Shown here: positions 59,168 to 64,000 of the stretch, piece after piece | Layout of the letters: every line of letters starts with the position of its first letter | Numbering within the stretch: the first letter of the stretch is position 1 | Source of the DNA: Chthoniobacteraceae bacterium | GTDB lineage: Bacteria; Verrucomicrobiota; Verrucomicrobiia; Chthoniobacterales; Chthoniobacteraceae | Assembly: GCA_031409335.1 (NCBI GenBank) | Contig: JANNWY010000071.1 | Location: 14,440-78,439 of the forward strand | Reading direction: 5' to 3' | Length of the DNA: 64,000 bases | The notes under the pieces: model-generated | The model's input: the letters and a program-made list of their open reading frames with translations, nothing else | What the model was told of the DNA's origin: nothing | Databases searched by the model: none | Translations under genes and position numbers: made by a program

Positions 59168-62100
59168 ATGTTCACCAGTAACTCCAAACGCTCATCCATC
59201 GCCATCACCTGCTGTGCGGCACTGCTCGCCACGGGCTGCTCGCCCGAGGCAAAGAAAGCGCGCATCCAGGCAAAGGCGGACGGCTACCGCACCACCGGCG
59301 AATACGAAAAGGCACGCATCGAATATCTGAATCTGCTGCGCGCCGATCCGCAAAATGCCATCGCGAATTTGCAGCTCGGCCTGATCTGGCTGGAGCAGGG
59401 CGCAGCCGTGCAGGCGCTGCCCTATCTGCTGCGGGCAAAGGACGACGCGTCCGGCGATCTCATGGCGCGGGGAAAACTGGCGACGGCGTTTCGCTCCATC
59501 GGCCAGTATTCCGACGCGCGGAAAGAGGCGCTGGAAATCCTGGCGCGCGATCCCGCGCATGGCGACGCGCTGCTCGTGCTGGCCGACACGGCGGCGACGC
59601 CCGACCAAATCCGCAGCACGGAAGTCGAGCTGGCCAAGTCGGAGGCGCTCCCGAGCGCGAGCCTGGAACTCGCCAAGGCGACTCTCGCGGGGAAAAAAGG
59701 CGATGCCAGCGCCGCGGAAAAGTCCCTGCTCCGCGCGCTGGAACTCGATCCCAAATCCCCCTCAGCGCATCTCGCGATGGCCAATCTTCGCGTCGCGCAA
59801 AAGGACACCGCGAGGGCGGGCGCCGAATTTGAAATGGCCGCGGCGCTGTCGCCGCCACGATCGATCGCGCGGCTGAAATACGCGGAATTCCAAGCGCAAA
59901 ACGGGGCGCGCGAGGAAGCCCGGAAATCCCTCCAGGCGCTGACCGCACAAGTGCCGGATTACCTCCCGGCGTGGTGCCTGCTCGCGCATTTTATGCTGGC
60001 GGAAAAAAAATTCCCCGAGGCGTTGGCTGCGCTCGACAATGTGTTCCGTCGGGACACGATGAATTTTGAAGGCCGCATGATTCAAGGGCAGGTCTATCTC
60101 GCGAAAGGCGATGCCGCCAAAGCGGTCGAGTGTTTCGAAAAACTCGACAAGGCATACACCGGCGTGCCCGTCATCAAATTCCACCTCGCGCGCGCCTTCC
60201 TGCTCGCCGGGAATCCCGCGCAGGCGACCGCCGTTTTGAGCATGGCCGTCACGGCGGACCCGGATTTTGCGGAAGCGGCGCTGCTGCAAGGCGAGCTGAA
60301 TCTGCGGCGCGGCGAGGCGCCGGCGGTCGTGACTGCGATGCTCGAACTGCTCGTGAAACAGCCGAAACTGCTGCCCGCGCATTTGCTGCTGGCCGATGCC
60401 TATCGCACGCTGGGCCGGCTGGAGGAAGGCGCGGAGATTTGCCGCGCGCAGATCGCGGCCAGCCCGGAGAGTTCGCATCCGCAATTTCTGCTCGGCAGCA
60501 TTTTGCGCCAGCAGGTGAAGATCCCCGAAGCGCGCGAGGCTTTTCAAAAAGCGCGCGATCTCGGCCACGATTCGTTCCTGACTTCGTATCAGCTCGTGGA
60601 GCTGGATTTGATGACCCAGAATTTCGACGCCGCCACGCAGCGCGTGCAAAAACAGCTCGCGCAAACACCAAACGCGGCGGGTGCGCATTTCCTGCAGGCA
60701 CGAATTTTTGCCGCGCAAAAGAAGTGGGATCAGGCCGAGGCGTCGCTGGTGAAAACGCTCGAACTCGATCCGAACTTCGTCAGCGCATACGACATGCTCG
60801 TTTCCACCTACGTCGCCGCCGGCAAGCTGACGCAGGCGATCGGCCAGCTCGACGGCATGGTGGCGCTGAATCCGAACAGCGAACGGCCGCTGATGCTTTC
60901 AGCGATGATCCACGACCGGATGAAGGATCACGTGAAAGCCGCGGCGACCTACGAAAAGCTGCTCGCCCAAAATGCGAACTTCGCGCCGGCGCTGAACAAT
61001 CTCGCGTGGCTTTACGCGGAGCATTTGCAGAAGCTCGACCAAGCCTACGAGCTGGCGCGAAAGGCGCGGACTTTGCAGCCGGGAAATCCCGCGATCGCGG
61101 ATACACTGGGCTGGATTTGCTACAAGCGGGCGGACTATCCGCAGGCGGTAGCGCTCTTGCGCGAGGCAGTGGCGAAGCTGCCGACCGAGCACGAAGTGCA
61201 GTATCATTTCGGGCTCGCGAATTACATGATGGGCGAGATGGATGCAGCTCGCACGTCACTGCGTTTTGCCGCGGATGCGATGCAGGATTTCCCGGGAAAA
61301 TCGGAGATCCGCGAACGCCTCGCCTCACTCGGCGACCGTCCGAACGGGATGAAAGGACCGTCGGCGACGCAGTTCGAGGAAATGGCGAAGGCGCAACCGT
61401 CGGACATCGTGGCGCAGATGCGAATCGGCGAGTTTCACGAGAAGGAGAAAGACTTCGCCAAGGCGGCGGCGACCTATGAAGGGGTCATTAGAATCAATCC
61501 GAAGCTGCTCCCGCCGATGCTGAAACTGGCGGAACTCTACGCAGGCCCGCTCAAGGATCCCGCCAAGGCGCTGGACTACGCAAAAAAGGCGCGGGTGCTC
61601 GCGCCGAATGATCCGAAGGCAAATGGCCTGCTCGGGACGATCGCGCAGCTGAACGGAAACTTCACCTGGGCGTACAGCCTCTTGCAGGAAAGCGCGCGGC
61701 AACTCCCGGACGACGCCACGATCCTGCACGCGCTCGCCGCGAGCGCGTACAGTCTCGGCAAGGTGAAAGAGGCGCAGCAGGCGATGGAGCGTGTGCCCAG
61801 CCTCGCGGCACCGGATTCACCCGAAGCGGTGGACGCAAAACGTTTCCTCGAAATGACGGCGCTGACATCGGATTCCGCCCGCCTGGCCGAGGCCGAACCA
61901 GAAGTCCGAAAGATCCTCGAAACCGATCCTTCATTCGTGCCGGCACTCATGGCGCGCGCGGCGATCGAAGCGCACCGCACCGACCACAAAGCTGCGGCGG
62001 CGACCTATGCGGAAATCCTCCGGCTTCGCCCCGATTTTGCCCCTGCGCAAAAGGAACTGGCCATCGTTTACACCGATCATGGTGGCGATCAAGCAGCGGC

Positions 62101-62398
62101 TTACGAACTGGCGGCAAAGGCGCGCAAGACGTTGCCCGATGACGCGGAGCTGGCGCAAACCCTGGCTGAATTGAGCTACGAACGGAAAGAGTATGCCTAC
62201 ACCCGCCAGCTCCTGCGCGATACCGAAGCCCGGAAGCCGCTCGGTGCCAAACAATTGTACCTTATGGGAATGGCCTCCTGGCAGACCAAAGAGAAGGCAC
62301 AAAGCCAGGAGGCACTGAAGCGAGCGCTGGAGGCCGGGCTCGCCGAGCCCCTGTCATCCGAAGCCCGGCGCGTGATCGAGCTGCAGGATCGTGAGTAG
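59168..62398 (+). CDS. prsT: TPR-repeat lipoprotein of the PEP-CTERM system
   Basis: Lipobox LATG-C; TPR repeats throughout; ALNNLAWLY and IADTLGW; follows prsK/prsR. Confidence 0.8.
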   Translation: MFTSNSKRSSIAITCCAALLATGCSPEAKKARIQAKADGYRTTGEYEKARIEYLNLLRADPQNAIANLQLGLIWLEQGAAVQALPYLLRAKDDASGDLMARGKLATAFRSIGQYSDARKEALEILARDPAHGDALLVLADTAATPDQIRSTEVELAKSEALPSASLELAKATLAGKKGDASAAEKSLLRALELDPKSPSAHLAMANLRVAQKDTARAGAEFEMAAALSPPRSIARLKYAEFQAQNGAREEARKSLQALTAQVPDYLPAWCLLAHFMLAEKKFPEALAALDNVFRRDTMNFEGRMIQGQVYLAKGDAAKAVECFEKLDKAYTGVPVIKFHLARAFLLAGNPAQATAVLSMAVTADPDFAEAALLQGELNLRRGEAPAVVTAMLELLVKQPKLLPAHLLLADAYRTLGRLEEGAEICRAQIAASPESSHPQFLLGSILRQQVKIPEAREAFQKARDLGHDSFLTSYQLVELDLMTQNFDAATQRVQKQLAQTPNAAGAHFLQARIFAAQKKWDQAEASLVKTLELDPNFVSAYDMLVSTYVAAGKLTQAIGQLDGMVALNPNSERPLMLSAMIHDRMKDHVKAAATYEKLLAQNANFAPALNNLAWLYAEHLQKLDQAYELARKARTLQPGNPAIADTLGWICYKRADYPQAVALLREAVAKLPTEHEVQYHFGLANYMMGEMDAARTSLRFAADAMQDFPGKSEIRERLASLGDRPNGMKGPSATQFEEMAKAQPSDIVAQMRIGEFHEKEKDFAKAAATYEGVIRINPKLLPPMLKLAELYAGPLKDPAKALDYAKKARVLAPNDPKANGLLGTIAQLNGNFTWAYSLLQESARQLPDDATILHALAASAYSLGKVKEAQQAMERVPSLAAPDSPEAVDAKRFLEMTALTSDSARLAEAEPEVRKILETDPSFVPALMARAAIEAHRTDHKAAAATYAEILRLRPDFAPAQKELAIVYTDHGGDQAAAYELAAKARKTLPDDAELAQTLAELSYERKEYAYTRQLLRDTEARKPLGAKQLYLMGMASWQTKEKAQSQEALKRALEAGLAEPLSSEARRVIELQDRE

Positions 62399-62510
62399 TT
62401 CGAGTGCGCCGCTGGGTAAATCGTCAGGGATTCTTACGAGCGAAGAACAAGATGTATCTCTATTGGAAACAATGCTTTATGCATTATTTACCCTGTCTCA
62501 CGGTGCAAAG

Positions 62511-62527
62511 CGTCGGCAGAGCTTACA
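62511..62527. promoter_or_regulatory. Candidate PrsR enhancer site
   Basis: CGTCGG-N5-CTTACA (reverse strand TGTAAG-N5-CCGACG), about 90 bp upstream of the sigma-54 box. Confidence 0.4.
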
Positions 62528-62614
62528 GTTTTTCGCTCGGCTCGATCGGTGTCAACATTGAGAGTATCCATCAAAATACTCTGCACGTGCGACTTACAGC
62601 AAGGATTGAAACCG

Positions 62615-62630
62615 TGGCATGGGCTTTGCT
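62615..62630 (+). promoter_or_regulatory. Sigma-54 -24/-12 promoter
   Basis: TGGCATG-GGCT-TTGCT matches TGGCACG-N4-TTGCW with 1 mismatch and exact GG-N10-GC spacing; about 50 nt upstream of ATG 62682. Confidence 0.85.
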
Positions 62631-62681
62631 AGGGTAGGGAAGTCGGAAAACCGACAATCATCAAACAAACACAATCAACAT

Positions 62682-63248
62682 ATGAAACGTCTAATGACTA
62701 TCGCCGCACCTCTGGTTGTGGGCATCAGTGCCCTCCTCAGTCAGAACGCATCGGCGATTCCAATTACTGGTGAAGTCTCCTTCGCCGGTAGCTACACCAT
62801 CAACAACCCGAACCTCGCGCTCGCCACAGCTTTCACTAGCTTCTCCGGCGTCACCGTGAGCCTCGCGCCAACTGGGGATTACGCCGGTCTCGCTGGTTCC
62901 GCCGTCACCATGACGCCGTTCACCTTCGATCCGTTCCCAGCGGGTGGAATCGTGCCGCTCTGGTCGATCGTCGGATCCCCAGGGACGACGTTTGATCTGC
63001 TCGCGCTCAACGTCGCGTTTGAATCGCCGACCGCCCTGCTTCTCACCGGAACAGGCATCGCGCGCAAGACCGGCAGGGATAACACTCCTGGAACTTGGAT
63101 CCTGAGCGCCAACACGCTCGGAACCACGTTCAGCTTCTCCTCCACCAACTCGTCCATCCCAGACGGCGGAACCACCGTCGCGCTGCTCGGCATGGGACTC
63201 GTCGGAGTGGAAGGCCTGCGCCGCAAGCTCGGTGCTTTGAAGCGCTAA
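62682..63248 (+). CDS. VPDSG-CTERM-type exosortase substrate (surface protein)
   Basis: Signal peptide (NASA-I), Ser/Thr/Gly-rich body, tail IPDGGTT + TM helix VALLGMGLVGV + basic LRRKLGALKR. Confidence 0.88.
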   Translation: MKRLMTIAAPLVVGISALLSQNASAIPITGEVSFAGSYTINNPNLALATAFTSFSGVTVSLAPTGDYAGLAGSAVTMTPFTFDPFPAGGIVPLWSIVGSPGTTFDLLALNVAFESPTALLLTGTGIARKTGRDNTPGTWILSANTLGTTFSFSSTNSSIPDGGTTVALLGMGLVGVEGLRRKLGALKR

Positions 63249-63273
63249 GGCGACTTCCAGCAAAAATAGTTTG

Positions 63274-63310
63274 CCGGGCGGGGAAGCAATTCCCCGCCCG
63301 GTTTTATTTT
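63274..63310. terminator. Intrinsic terminator, probably bidirectional
   Basis: 12-bp stem CCGGGCGGGGAA/TTCCCCGCCCGG with a GCAA loop, followed by TTTTATTTT; an A-tract lies upstream; located between convergent genes. Confidence 0.85.
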
Positions 63311-63394
63311 GCCCCGATCCAATCCCGCACGCGCCTTTCCCGGAATGGAAATCATGGCAGTGCACAGGCGAAATCCCGCGGGCAGCGGGAGGAA

Positions 63395-63896
63395 TCAGCC
63401 TCGTTTGTTCCGGCGAGAAGCCAGCCAGAGCGCGCCGAGCAGCGCCATCGCGACCGCAGTCGGTTCCGGGACGGTCGCCACGCGAAAACCGAAAACATTT
63501 CCCGCACCCGCCGGATCGAAGAAACCGTGGCTCGATGCGCGCAAATCCCCGACGTTCAGAGCCCACGACCCGCCGCGCACGCCGCGTTGCCCGTTGCCAT
63601 CAACCGTATCGTTCCATTCGGATACATTCCCGCCTTGGTCGAACGTCCCGTAAAAACTCCCGGATTGCGTGTAAGCACCGACGTTCGTCAGGTAGTTCTC
63701 CGCAGTGACGAAGCCAGGCGAGCCGGTCGCCGCGTAACCGTCGTCATAGCCGTTCGCCAAACTGTCGAACGCAAAAAAATTACCCACCCGCGTGTCGTCG
63801 GGAGTGATTCCCGGTGGCTGATCGCTGAACGGCTGGAGATTGGTTTGCATCGGATACAGCCAGTAACCGTCGCCGTCTCCCCGGGATTGCTCAGTA
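63395..63896 (-). pseudogene. 3' part of a PEP-CTERM protein with an FGE/SUMF1-like domain, truncated by an IS
   Basis: In-frame GDGDGYWLYPMQ...YGTFDQGGNVSEW...RGGSW...GFRVAT-VPEP + TM + RRNKR; no signal peptide, and homology stops at the IS end. Confidence 0.8.
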
Positions 63897-64000
63897 GGTA
63901 TTGATTATGATTTTGTGAGCAGGTAAAAGAGGATGCTGGCGGCGAGATTGGCGAGTTTCTTGGTGTAGCAATGGGTCTTGCGGCGCAGGCGGGCGAGGTA
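63897..64000 (-). mobile_element. IS1-family element end with the transposase C-terminus (partial)
   Basis: Minus-strand 64000-63905 reads YLARLRRKTHCYTKKLANLAASILFYLLTKS*, matching the InsB-type C-terminus LARL.RKT.CY.K; the end GGTATTGA resembles the IS1 terminus GGTAATGA. Confidence 0.8.

Noticed and set aside
63395..63896. DGR target (the FGE/C-lectin fold is a known DGR target class)
   Set aside because: No template repeat or reverse transcriptase in the window; FGE-PEP-CTERM proteins are common without DGRs.

Overview
GC-rich bacterial DNA, most likely a Verrucomicrobiota (Chthoniobacter-like) genome, judged from a VPDSG-type sorting tail, PVC-type cytochrome c domains and LamG-repeat secreted proteins. 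The left 23.6 kb is mixed: secreted LTD and LamG/Ig proteins, PqiA, an MFS maltose-type transporter plus a GH13 enzyme, Uma2, a cytochrome c-WD40 protein, EamA, cupin, DacB, two methyltransferases and a GbsR-family regulator operon with a repeated operator-like palindrome. Four short palindromic MITE/REP-like elements lie between these genes. From 24.4 to 63.2 kb, all on the + strand, is an exopolysaccharide/exosortase locus. It has a priming transferase, WbpB/D/E/A-like enzymes, a Wzc-like protein with a degenerate kinase, Wzx/Wzy/Wza, an outer-membrane beta-barrel and many tailoring enzymes. It also encodes an exosortase without EpsI (XrtC-like), PrsK/PrsR/PrsT, and an IPDGG (VPDSG-CTERM-type) substrate behind a sigma-54 promoter. 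A convergent PEP-CTERM FGE-domain gene is cut by an IS1-family element at the right edge. All calls come from reading motifs by eye; no database searches were run, and several start codons are re-assigned from the ORF track.
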